Positions 1 to 8,719 of a stretch of 64,000 bases of DNA are shown here, one piece after another; position 1 is the first letter of the stretch; each line of letters begins with the position of its first letter. Origin of the DNA: Prochlorococcus sp. AG-347-G20 (lineage in GTDB: Bacteria > Cyanobacteriota > Cyanobacteriia > PCC-6307 > Cyanobiaceae); assembly GCA_003281645.1 (NCBI GenBank), contig QCBJ01000003.1, positions 17,796 through 81,795 of the forward strand, in the 5' to 3' direction. The notes beneath the pieces were generated by a model. That model ran no database searches and was not told the origin of the DNA. It was given only the letters and a program-made list of their open reading frames with translations. Both the position numbers and the translations under genes were made by a program.

Positions 1-145
1 TGGTTGCGAATAAAGAAATAAAAAAAAATAATGTGAAAACTCCTATAAAAATAAAATTATTAAAAAGATATGAGGTTGCTATTAAAGCAAAAATATTTAA
101 TATTAATAACGATTTAAAGTTAAACTTTTTAATCTTCCCAATCAT
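1..145 (-). CDS. mraY: Phospho-N-acetylmuramoyl-pentapeptide transferase, N-terminal part (runs off window)
   Basis: Manual translation from ATG at 145: MIGKIKKFNFKSLLILNIFALIATSYLFNNFIFIGVFTLFFFISLFAT..., hydrophobic and open to the window edge. Matches my recollection of the Prochlorococcus MraY N-terminus and of DUF3134-mraY gene order. No catalytic motif is visible. Confidence 0.65.
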   Translation of the reverse strand, partial: MIGKIKKFNFKSLLILNIFALIATSYLFNNFIFIGVFTLFFFISLFAT

Positions 146-407
146 CTTCTGAAGGATCTTCTTCAGTTTTATAATCTTCTTTTTCTCCCATAAGCGCTGA
201 AAGCTCTTCTTCTTCTATAGTACTAATCTCTTGTGAATCTCCCTCTTTTTCTGCTACTAGTCTTCCTGTTTTCTCTAGCCAAGATAGTAGATCAGGTTCA
301 TCTCTTAATGGCAAAACAGGAGCTGGATCATCTCTGTGGTAGCAAGTTAAAGCTGGGTTGACTTCAGAAATATCGTCTAATCTAAGTTTTAGTTTATTTG
401 AGTCCAT
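129..407 (-). CDS. Conserved cyanobacterial small acidic protein (DUF3134-like)
   Basis: NPAL...PAPVLPLRDEPDLLSWLEKTGRL core with an acidic tail; overlaps the mraY start by 17 bp. Confidence 0.7.
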   Translation of the reverse strand: MDSNKLKLRLDDISEVNPALTCYHRDDPAPVLPLRDEPDLLSWLEKTGRLVAEKEGDSQEISTIEEEELSALMGEKEDYKTEEDPSEDDWED

Positions 408-441
408 TAAAGATTATGTTCTATATATAAGATAATACATA

Positions 442-654
442 ATGATGCTCAAGAAAACTTTGTTTGATAAAGCAAATTTAAAATACTTTTTTATCTGGCT
501 AATTTCATTATTCTTGTCTGGATTATTTAAACTTGTTGGATATTTGAACCCCAATGTTTTAATAATTAATAACTTTCTTCTCGTGTTACTAGTTTTTGGT
601 CCAGCTCTTTTAGTTACAATAATATTAGTTTTTAATAAGTTTTCAAATTCTTAA
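442..654 (+). CDS. Small hypothetical membrane protein (two predicted TM helices)
   Basis: 70-aa ORF with two hydrophobic segments; fills the gap upstream of argG. Confidence 0.5.
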   Translation: MMLKKTLFDKANLKYFFIWLISLFLSGLFKLVGYLNPNVLIINNFLLVLLVFGPALLVTIILVFNKFSNS

Positions 655-691
655 TTACGTCAAAAATTTAAATTTTATGGAGCAAATTTAG

Positions 692-1906
692 ATGCAGCAG
701 GTAAAAAAAGTTGTACTAGCTTATTCAGGCGGGGTAGATACGAGCGTTTGTATTCCATATTTAAAGAATGAATATGGAATTTCAGAAGTAGTTACTTTTG
801 TAGCCGATCTTGGACAAGGTGAGGATTTAGAACTTATTAAGCAAAAAGCTTTAGATTCTGGTGCATCTAAATCAATTGTTGGCAATTTAGTCAATAGTTT
901 TGTTGAGAGATACGCTTTTCCAGCTATTAGAGCAAACGCATTATATTTAGATAAATATCCTTTATCTACAGCTCTTGCTAGGCCTTTAATTGCTGAAAAT
1001 CTCGTGAATATTGCCAGAGAAATTAATGCTGACGCAGTAGCTCATGGATGTACTGGTAAAGGAAATGATCAAGTTCGGTTTGATTTAGCAATAAATGCGT
1101 TAGGCCCTGATTTAAAAATAATTACTCCTGCAAGGGAGTGGAATATGAGTAGAGAAGAGGCAATAGTGTATGGAGAAAAATTTGGTATTCCTGCACCAGT
1201 ATCAAAAAAATCACCATATTCAATAGACGTTAACTTACTTGGTAGGAGTATTGAAGCAGGTATACTAGAGGATCCAATGCAAGAAGCACCTGAGGATATA
1301 TTTTCGATGACCTCATCAGTTGATAATTCACCTGATTCCCATCAAGATATAGAAATTGTTTTCAAAAATGGGTTTCCAGTTGGAATTAATGATGAATTTT
1401 TAACTCCATTAGAGATCATTAAAAAAGCTAACGATCTTGCAGGTAACCATGGTTTTGGAAGAATAGATATGATTGAGGATCGAGTAGTAGGAATTAAAAG
1501 TAGAGAAATTTACGAAACACCTGGCCTCTTACTTTTAATCAAAGCTCACAAAGAATTAGAGAGCATAACATTAAACCCCGATGTAATCGATTTTAAAGGA
1601 ATAGTGGAAAAAAAATGGGGTCAATTAGTTTATCAAGGTTTTTGGTTTGGACCTCTTAAAGAAAGTTTAGATGCATTTATATCATCTACTCAAACTTCAG
1701 TTAATGGAAGAGTAAAGATTAGACTTTATAAGGGCAACGCAATAGTAATTGGGAGAATGTCTGAAAATAATTCACTTTACAGGGAAGATTTGGCAACTTA
1801 CAGCAAAGATGATGTCTTTAATCATTCTTTAGCAGAAGGTTTTATTTATATGTGGGGTATGTCTAATAAAATATGGGCTGAGTTAAATTCAAAAACAAAA
1901 GATTAA
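692..1906 (+). CDS. argG: Argininosuccinate synthase
   Basis: [26 protein letters not shown] and KSREIYETP motifs. Confidence 0.98.
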   Translation: MQQVKKVVLAYSGGVDTSVCIPYLKNEYGISEVVTFVADLGQGEDLELIKQKALDSGASKSIVGNLVNSFVERYAFPAIRANALYLDKYPLSTALARPLIAENLVNIAREINADAVAHGCTGKGNDQVRFDLAINALGPDLKIITPAREWNMSREEAIVYGEKFGIPAPVSKKSPYSIDVNLLGRSIEAGILEDPMQEAPEDIFSMTSSVDNSPDSHQDIEIVFKNGFPVGINDEFLTPLEIIKKANDLAGNHGFGRIDMIEDRVVGIKSREIYETPGLLLLIKAHKELESITLNPDVIDFKGIVEKKWGQLVYQGFWFGPLKESLDAFISSTQTSVNGRVKIRLYKGNAIVIGRMSENNSLYREDLATYSKDDVFNHSLAEGFIYMWGMSNKIWAELNSKTKD

Positions 1907-1909
1907 CAT

Positions 1910-2371
1910 TTAAGATTCTGTATTTTCTTTAGTTTCAGCATCATCTTTGCTCGAAGTTGAAGTATTTGCACTTGCTACTGGTTGTTTTTCTTGGGATTCA
2001 ACTTTCGCATCTGGATTATCTTTATTCTCTGATTGAGATGTACTCTTGTTCGAAGGCCTCGGGGTTGGTAAAGGACCCTCTTGTTTAACAGTCATATATC
2101 TAATAACATCTTCACTTAGTCTCATTGCTTTTTCAATTTTGAAGATATGTTGCCCATCACCTTGATGACTTAGTTGCACGTAAATCCCTTCCCTATGTTT
2201 TGCTATTTGATAGGCTAATCTTCTCTTACCTCTCATTTGACTATCAAGAATAGTACCGCCAAATTCTTCTAAAAGCTTGTTGTATTTATCAATGTGATTA
2301 GTTACTTCATCTTCCGCAATGTCTGGGCGGAGGATATACATTGTTTCGTAATAAGTTTGTTGATCGTTCAT
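1910..2371 (-). CDS. rpsF: 30S ribosomal protein S6 with a long low-complexity C-terminal tail
   Basis: [29 protein letters not shown] at 2371 is preferred over the ORF-track TTG at 2383, which lies inside the leader hairpin. Confidence 0.96.
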   Translation of the reverse strand: MNDQQTYYETMYILRPDIAEDEVTNHIDKYNKLLEEFGGTILDSQMRGKRRLAYQIAKHREGIYVQLSHQGDGQHIFKIEKAMRLSEDVIRYMTVKQEGPLPTPRPSNKSTSQSENKDNPDAKVESQEKQPVASANTSTSSKDDAETKENTES

Positions 2372-2376
2372 AGTTT

Positions 2377-2419
2377 CAGACAAGGTCTTTGGCTCATAAA
2401 TTGATTTGATGAGCGTCTG
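2377..2419 (-). promoter_or_regulatory. Candidate S6:S18 ribosomal protein leader hairpin (rpsF 5' UTR)
   Basis: mRNA reads CAGAC-GCUCAU-(11-nt loop)-AUGAGC-CAAAGACCUU-GUCUG, 5 nt before the AUG: two stems with a CC-containing 3' bulge. Confidence 0.5.
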
Positions 2420-2473
2420 TTCATTACTTACGATACATTACGATAGGCAACTTCTTGACAAGTAGGGTCATTT

Positions 2474-3334
2474 TTAAAGATATTTTTTTAGTGCGTCATT
2501 CATTACATGAAAAGGTACTTCTAAACCATCTGTCCAAAATGATAATGATTTTATTCCTTGGGCAACAAGCATTTCCAAACCATCTATAGTCATGCATCCT
2601 TTTTTGGCGCTAAATTTCAATAGAGTAGTTGGGGCAGGGTTATATATCAAATCGTAAACAATTGTTTGCGAGTTAAGAGATCTCCAAAATGCTTCGCCAT
2701 ATGGAATTACATTATTTTCATATTTAGTTGTTTTCATTCCTGCTGGTGTTGTATTAACAATCAAATCTGCTTCACGAATTAAAATTTGAGCTTGATCATC
2801 ACTATTCAATAAACCCTGCAGTTGAATTTGATTATCAAAGTTTTTAATTAATTCATTTAATGATGATTTGTTACGTGATATCACTGAAATTGTTGAAAAA
2901 TTTAAATTTATTAAACCTTGAATAACAGATCTTGCTGCACCCCCAGAGCCAAGAACTATTGATTTTTTCTTTGCTAAGTTTAAATTTTTTAATGGGTAAA
3001 TAAATCCCTCTACATCGGTATTAGTTGCGCTCCATTTTTTTTCAGCATTTAATTTCAGGGTGTTAATTGCTTTAAGTTTGTTAGCAATAGGTGAGATTTC
3101 ACTACAAAGGTTAAATACTTTTTCTTTATGTGGAATTGTAACGTTTAACCCTTTGCAATTAATCTTTTTAAAAGAATTAAGAACTAATTCTAGATCTTCA
3201 TCTTTACAGGGTACAGCAATATAAATTAAATCTAAGCCTAAATATTGAAGGGCAGCATTTTGCATAATTGGAGACAATGAATGGCCTACTGGATTGCCAA
3301 TTAATGCGATGAAAGATGTCTTACTTGAAATCAT
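2474..3334 (-). CDS. aroE: Shikimate dehydrogenase
   Basis: GNPVGHSLSP, GLNVTIPHK, NTDVEG, GSGGAARS, DLIYNP, DGLEMLVAQG. ATG at 3334 is preferred as the start. Confidence 0.96.
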   Translation of the reverse strand: MISSKTSFIALIGNPVGHSLSPIMQNAALQYLGLDLIYIAVPCKDEDLELVLNSFKKINCKGLNVTIPHKEKVFNLCSEISPIANKLKAINTLKLNAEKKWSATNTDVEGFIYPLKNLNLAKKKSIVLGSGGAARSVIQGLINLNFSTISVISRNKSSLNELIKNFDNQIQLQGLLNSDDQAQILIREADLIVNTTPAGMKTTKYENNVIPYGEAFWRSLNSQTIVYDLIYNPAPTTLLKFSAKKGCMTIDGLEMLVAQGIKSLSFWTDGLEVPFHVMNDALKKYL

Positions 3335-3366
3335 GTTTAGAATTTTAACCCCAAAAGTAATGGTCT

Positions 3367-3381
3367 GTTCGGGAACCACAC
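3367..3381 (+). promoter_or_regulatory. K-box-like element upstream of dnaK
   Basis: GTTCGG-GAA-CCACAC about 70 bp upstream of the dnaK ATG. Resembles the cyanobacterial K-box (GTTCGG-NNAN-CCNNAC) with a spacer one base shorter. Confidence 0.55.
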
Positions 3382-3451
3382 CCCGTCTTTGAGTAACATT
3401 AATGACGTCAATGACCGATTATGGATAATAACAAATATAAAGAATTTACCC

Positions 3452-5359
3452 ATGGGTAAGGTAGTAGGAATTGATTTAGGAACAACTAATAGTTGTGTCG
3501 CTGTAATGGAAGGTGGTAAGCCTACTGTAATAGCAAATGCTGAGGGTTTCAGAACTACTCCATCAGTTGTTGCATATACAAAAAATCAAGATCAGCTTGT
3601 TGGACAAATAGCAAAAAGACAAGCTGTAATGAATCCTGAAAATACTTTTTATTCTGCAAAACGTTTTGTTGGTAGAAGAGTTGATGAAGTTAATGAAGAA
3701 TCTAAAGAAGTTAGTTATTCTGTTGAAAAATCTGGTTCTAGTGTTAAATTAAAATGTCCTATTTTGGACAAACAGTTTTCTCCTGAAGAGGTGAGTTCTC
3801 AAGTTTTAAGAAAGCTAGCAGATGATGCAGGTAAATATCTTGGTGACAAAGTTACACAGGCCGTAATTACAGTTCCAGCTTATTTTAATGATTCCCAACG
3901 ACAGGCTACGAAAGATGCTGGAAAGATTGCAGGTTTAGAAGTTCTCAGAATCGTTAACGAGCCAACTGCTGCTGCTTTAGCATATGGTTTGGATAAAGAA
4001 AATGAAAAAATTCTTGTTTTTGATTTAGGGGGAGGTACTTTTGATGTCTCAGTTATTGAAGCTGGTGATGGAGTAACTGAAGTTCTATCTACATCAGGAG
4101 ATACACATTTAGGTGGTGATGATTTTGATAGATGCATCGTAGATCACTTAGCCAATACTTTTAAATCTAATGAGGGAATTGATCTCAGACAAGATAAGCA
4201 AGCTTTGCAAAGATTGACTGAAGCTGCAGAAAAAGCAAAAATAGAGCTTTCAAATGCTACTCAAAGTGAAATAAATTTACCTTTTATTACAGCGACGCCT
4301 GAAGGACCAAAACATTTGGATTTGAACCTTACTAGAGCAAAGTTCGAGGAATTAGCAGCTTCTTTAATTGATAGGTGTAAGACCCCAGTCGAGAGAGCTA
4401 TAAGTGATGCAAAAATTTCTACTAGTGAAATTGATGAGGTTGTTATGGTTGGAGGCTCATCTAGAATTCCTGCTGTTTTAGATTTAGTTAAAAAAATAAT
4501 TGGTAAAGAACCAAATCAAACTGTTAATCCTGATGAGGTTGTAGCTGTTGGAGCTGCTATTCAGGGAGGTGTTTTAGCAGGAGAGGTTAAAGATATATTG
4601 TTACTTGACGTTACTCCACTTTCTTTAGGTGTAGAGACTTTAGGGGGAGTAATGACAAAAATGATAAATCGAAATACTACAGTACCTACGAAGAAATCTG
4701 AAACATATTCAACTGCTGTGGATGGACAAACAAATGTAGAAATTCACGTATTGCAGGGTGAGAGAGAAATGGCTTCAGATAACAAAAGTTTAGGAACTTT
4801 TAGATTGGATGGTATACCATCAGCGCCTAGAGGGGTTCCACAAATTGAAGTTACATTTGATATCGATGCAAATGGAATTCTTAGTGTTACTGCTAAAGAT
4901 AAAGGAAGTGGTAAAGAGCAAAGTATTTCTATTACTGGTGCTTCAACTCTATCTGATAATGAAGTTGAAAAAATGGTAAAAGATGCTGAATCAAATGCAT
5001 CTGCAGATAAAGAAAAAAGAGAAAAAATCGATTTAAAAAATCAAGCTGAAACACTTGTATATCAAACAGAAAAGCAACTTGGTGAGCTTGGAGAAAAAAT
5101 TGATGCTGCAGCAAAGTCTAAAGTTGAAGAAAAAAGTAATGCTTTAAAAGAAGCAACTTCAAAAGAAGATTACGAATCAATGAAAAAACTTCTTGAAGAA
5201 CTTCAACAAGAACTTTATGCAGTTGGTTCATCTGTTTATCAGCAACCTGGCAATCAGCCACCATCACCTGGTGCAGCGGGCGGTTCTGATCAGAGTGATT
5301 CAAATGAAAAAGGTGGAGATGATGTAATTGATGCAGATTTTACTGAAACGAAAGATTAA
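3452..5359 (+). CDS. dnaK: Molecular chaperone DnaK (DnaK2 type)
   Basis: [26 protein letters not shown] and C-terminal DDVIDADF; start taken as the ATG at 3452. Confidence 0.98.
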   Translation: MGKVVGIDLGTTNSCVAVMEGGKPTVIANAEGFRTTPSVVAYTKNQDQLVGQIAKRQAVMNPENTFYSAKRFVGRRVDEVNEESKEVSYSVEKSGSSVKLKCPILDKQFSPEEVSSQVLRKLADDAGKYLGDKVTQAVITVPAYFNDSQRQATKDAGKIAGLEVLRIVNEPTAAALAYGLDKENEKILVFDLGGGTFDVSVIEAGDGVTEVLSTSGDTHLGGDDFDRCIVDHLANTFKSNEGIDLRQDKQALQRLTEAAEKAKIELSNATQSEINLPFITATPEGPKHLDLNLTRAKFEELAASLIDRCKTPVERAISDAKISTSEIDEVVMVGGSSRIPAVLDLVKKIIGKEPNQTVNPDEVVAVGAAIQGGVLAGEVKDILLLDVTPLSLGVETLGGVMTKMINRNTTVPTKKSETYSTAVDGQTNVEIHVLQGEREMASDNKSLGTFRLDGIPSAPRGVPQIEVTFDIDANGILSVTAKDKGSGKEQSISITGASTLSDNEVEKMVKDAESNASADKEKREKIDLKNQAETLVYQTEKQLGELGEKIDAAAKSKVEEKSNALKEATSKEDYESMKKLLEELQQELYAVGSSVYQQPGNQPPSPGAAGGSDQSDSNEKGGDDVIDADFTETKD

Positions 5360-6438
5360 GAAAAGTAATTTTTAATTTCATTTGCAACCCATTTAGAACA
5401 TGCTGGAGAAAGTAAAATCCCATTTTTATAAAAACCTGTACATATAATTAGTCCATCTTCAAGATTTTTCATTATCGGTGAAGGCTCACCTTCAGGCCTT
5501 GATCTTATTCCATACCATTTTTTAGAAATCTTTCCTTTCATTAGCCAATTTGGTTTTTTATCGATAAAATTTGTAAGTTTTTCAAAAGTATTTTCTTCTG
5601 GCTCAGTACTATGTTCGTCGGTTGATCCAATAATTAGTTTATTTTTTGATTTTGGAATTATATTTTTACCATTAATATTGAATTGTTTTGGCAGCGATAA
5701 TAAATCAACTTCTGCATCATTTACATCAATTTCCATAGCTTGACCCAAGACAGGTTTTAATGTGATGTTGTGAGATATCCTATCTATTAAATCAATTGCT
5801 TTTAGTGAATTGCACAAAATAACCATATCAGATTTGATATTTTCATTGTCTCTTGTTGTAGAAATCCATTGATTGTTTGATTTTCTGATTTTTATTACTT
5901 CCCCTTTTAAAAAATTGATTTTTTTGTGTTTTAGACATTTATCTAATGTTTGAAGTAAAGAAAAAGGATTTATTCTTCCATCTTTGAAGGAAATCATTCC
6001 TTTTAGATTTTTTGTTTGGAAGGCTTTATTTATATTCTTGATAAATATTGAGTCTCTTTCTAAAATTTGTAAGTTTTGATCATTACTTTCATAAATAAAT
6101 TTCACTAATTTTTTAAACTTTTCTTCATTGGTAGTTAGTTGAATTAATGGCTTTTCGATATTTAATTCATTATTAAATTTTTGCAGGAATGTAATCCATT
6201 GTGGCCATAATTCAATGCTTTGTTTCCTGAGATCCCAGCTTCTACCTCTTCTTTTTTGATACATATTACCCATTAGTAAGCCTAAAGCTCCATAGCTACT
6301 ATTTTGGAGTTCAGTTGGATCTATTATCGTTATCCGGAAACCTAATTCTGATAATTCTAAGGCGTTAAATTTTCCAATAATCCCTGATCCAATAATAACT
6401 ATGTGTGCTTTTTGAAAATTTTCTTTTGAGCTTTTCAT
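5356..6438 (-). CDS. FAD-dependent oxidoreductase (DAO / glycine oxidase family)
   Basis: N-terminal IIGSGIIG Rossmann motif; WYGIRSRP and [12 protein letters not shown] motifs typical of the DAO/ThiO family. Confidence 0.85.
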   Translation of the reverse strand: MKSSKENFQKAHIVIIGSGIIGKFNALELSELGFRITIIDPTELQNSSYGALGLLMGNMYQKRRGRSWDLRKQSIELWPQWITFLQKFNNELNIEKPLIQLTTNEEKFKKLVKFIYESNDQNLQILERDSIFIKNINKAFQTKNLKGMISFKDGRINPFSLLQTLDKCLKHKKINFLKGEVIKIRKSNNQWISTTRDNENIKSDMVILCNSLKAIDLIDRISHNITLKPVLGQAMEIDVNDAEVDLLSLPKQFNINGKNIIPKSKNKLIIGSTDEHSTEPEENTFEKLTNFIDKKPNWLMKGKISKKWYGIRSRPEGEPSPIMKNLEDGLIICTGFYKNGILLSPACSKWVANEIKNYFS

Positions 6439-6486
6439 TGATATATTAGATATACTTGCTTACTTGACTTAATAGTTAAAGATTTT

Positions 6487-7341
6487 TTGGAACATCCTTC
6501 AATTATATTCAAAATTGTTTGTCCCGATCGTCCTGGCCTTGTAAGTTTACTTACAAGTTGGATTTCAAATTACGGTGGAAATATAAAACATTCTGATCAT
6601 CATACAGATCAAGATGCGGGTTTGTTTCTTAGCCGAATTGAATGGAATAGTAATAATACTTTTTTTAATAGAGATGAAATTTATAAAGAATTTAAAAAAA
6701 TTGCTGATGAAGTAAATGGAAAATTTAACGTAAATTATTCTGATGAAATTCCAAATGTTGCTATTTTCGTGAGTAAACAAAATCATTGTTTGATTGATTT
6801 ACTTTGGCGAGTAAGAAATGGAGAACTCAAAATGAAAGTCCCGTTAATAATTTCAAATCATTCTGATCTTGAAAATATTGCAAATGACTTTAATGCAAAA
6901 TTTGTTCACATTGATACTTTTAAAACAGATAAATCTATTGTTGAAGATCAATTTTTAGATTTACTAAAAGAATATGAAATTGATCTTGTTGTATTAGCTA
7001 AATATATGCAAATTTTGAGTGACTCTTTTTTAAAAAAGTTTTCTTCAATAATAAATATTCACCATTCTTTCTTACCTGCATTTAAGGGTGGGCAACCATA
7101 TCATCGAGCTTGGAAGAGAGGTGTTAAATTAATCGGTGCTACTGCTCACTATGTTACTGAAGATCTTGATGAAGGCCCCATAATTGAGCAATGCACAGTT
7201 AATGTAAGTCATAGGGACGAGGTTGATGATTTGATCAGAAAAGGAAGAGATATTGAAAGAATAGCTTTAGCGAGAGCAGTTAGATTACATCTGAATCATC
7301 AAGTATTTGTTTATAACAGCAAAACTGCTGTTTTTGATTGA
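6487..7341 (+). CDS. purU: Formyltetrahydrofolate deformylase
   Basis: CPDRPGLV ACT domain, INIHHSFLPAF, GATAHYV..DLDEGPII; TTG start. Confidence 0.97.
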   Translation: MEHPSIIFKIVCPDRPGLVSLLTSWISNYGGNIKHSDHHTDQDAGLFLSRIEWNSNNTFFNRDEIYKEFKKIADEVNGKFNVNYSDEIPNVAIFVSKQNHCLIDLLWRVRNGELKMKVPLIISNHSDLENIANDFNAKFVHIDTFKTDKSIVEDQFLDLLKEYEIDLVVLAKYMQILSDSFLKKFSSIINIHHSFLPAFKGGQPYHRAWKRGVKLIGATAHYVTEDLDEGPIIEQCTVNVSHRDEVDDLIRKGRDIERIALARAVRLHLNHQVFVYNSKTAVFD

Positions 7342-7351
7342 AGATAGTTTT

Positions 7352-8710
7352 TTAGTCTTCTAATTCTATTTGTATTTGTCTTTCATAAATTGATTCTTCA
7401 TTAAAAGCTCTTGCTATCAAGAAACTGGCAATGCAGCTGATTAACACAGGTTTCATTATTAATAAATTTTTTGTTAAAGCAAAAGCTAGAAACATTGCTG
7501 TTATTGGTGTTCGCGAACATCCTGCTACGAAAGCTCCCATTCCTGCAAAAATGTATGTGCTTGGTGCATGTCCTGTCGCAATTTCTACCCAGCTCCCCAT
7601 AATTAGTCCTATTGCCCCTCCTAAAGTAAGCATTGGATAGAACAATCCTCCAGGAGCTCCAGATGCTGCAGCTAAACCTGTCGTGATAAATAATACTAAA
7701 ACTGCTAATAAAGCAATTCCAATACTTATATTTTGTTCAGCTATTATTTTCTGTAATTCATCTAAATTATGAAATGTACTGGGTAAAAAAGCATAGATAC
7801 TTCCTAAAATAAGTCCACAGATACTCATCTTTAAAACAAATTTATTTTTGTACCACTTTTTTCCAAGATTTTGCATTAACAAAATAAATCTGCTGTACAA
7901 TTCTGCAAAAATTCCAATAATTATTCCTAGTAAAACTAGGTAAATAAAATCTATAGGTAAGAAAAAAACTGATGGGTCATATTCTTTTTGGATTAAAAAT
8001 CCGAGGTTAAAATCAAAGCCTCCTGCTTTAGGATCTAAACCCAAGGCTTGAATAATATCAGCAGATGAATCTGCAATGAAAGTTGTGATTACTACTAGTA
8101 GCAAAATTACTGGTCTAGCTGAGTTTAATAACTCTTCTATCGCATAGATAAATCCTCCTAATGGAGCGCTAAATACTGCAGCTATTCCAGCACCACCCCC
8201 TGCTGCTACTATTACTCTTCTGAAAGCTGTAGGAGCTTTGAGCCACTTGGCCATTTGCCAAGCTACTGATCCTCCCATTTGAACTGATGGACCTTCCGGT
8301 CCCAAAGGGAATCCACTACCAATAGCAATAATTCCTGATATGAGCTTTACTAATCCTACTTTTATATTCATTGGAACTTTTTTATGCCTTAAGAACCCCA
8401 TGATTTGACTCACACCTGAACCTTTTGCAGCAGGGGCTATATTTTTGATCAAATATCCTGCAATAGCTCCTCCAAGAGCTCCAAAAATAGGTAAGACTGC
8501 AATAGATGGGAATTGGTCTAATAATGCTAATCTCCAATTATTAATAAAGTAAATTCCAGTTTTAAAAAATATGCTTGTAATTGAGGCTCCTAAACCTGTT
8601 AATAAGAGCGAAAATACAACGACTAGGGATCTTTGTTTTAATAATTTTTTGATAGTACGAGAAGAATTATTACTTGTTTTTTGAATATTATCTTTTATAA
8701 GGTTTGGCAT
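7352..8710 (-). CDS. ClC-family H+/Cl- exchange transporter
   Basis: GSGVS, GPEGPSVQMG and GLFYP signature motifs; no CBS domains. Confidence 0.93.
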   Translation of the reverse strand: MPNLIKDNIQKTSNNSSRTIKKLLKQRSLVVVFSLLLTGLGASITSIFFKTGIYFINNWRLALLDQFPSIAVLPIFGALGGAIAGYLIKNIAPAAKGSGVSQIMGFLRHKKVPMNIKVGLVKLISGIIAIGSGFPLGPEGPSVQMGGSVAWQMAKWLKAPTAFRRVIVAAGGGAGIAAVFSAPLGGFIYAIEELLNSARPVILLLVVITTFIADSSADIIQALGLDPKAGGFDFNLGFLIQKEYDPSVFFLPIDFIYLVLLGIIIGIFAELYSRFILLMQNLGKKWYKNKFVLKMSICGLILGSIYAFLPSTFHNLDELQKIIAEQNISIGIALLAVLVLFITTGLAAASGAPGGLFYPMLTLGGAIGLIMGSWVEIATGHAPSTYIFAGMGAFVAGCSRTPITAMFLAFALTKNLLIMKPVLISCIASFLIARAFNEESIYERQIQIELED

Positions 8711-8719
8711 AGTCCATGA

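Noticed and set aside
3335-3451. Long N-terminal extensions of aroE and dnaK given in the ORF track
   Set aside because: They run through the divergent promoter and K-box region; family homology begins at the ATGs at 3334 and 3452
5356-6438. Assigning thiO to the FAD oxidoreductase
   Set aside because: The family motifs fit, but it is not linked to thiG or thiS and the substrate cannot be read from sequence
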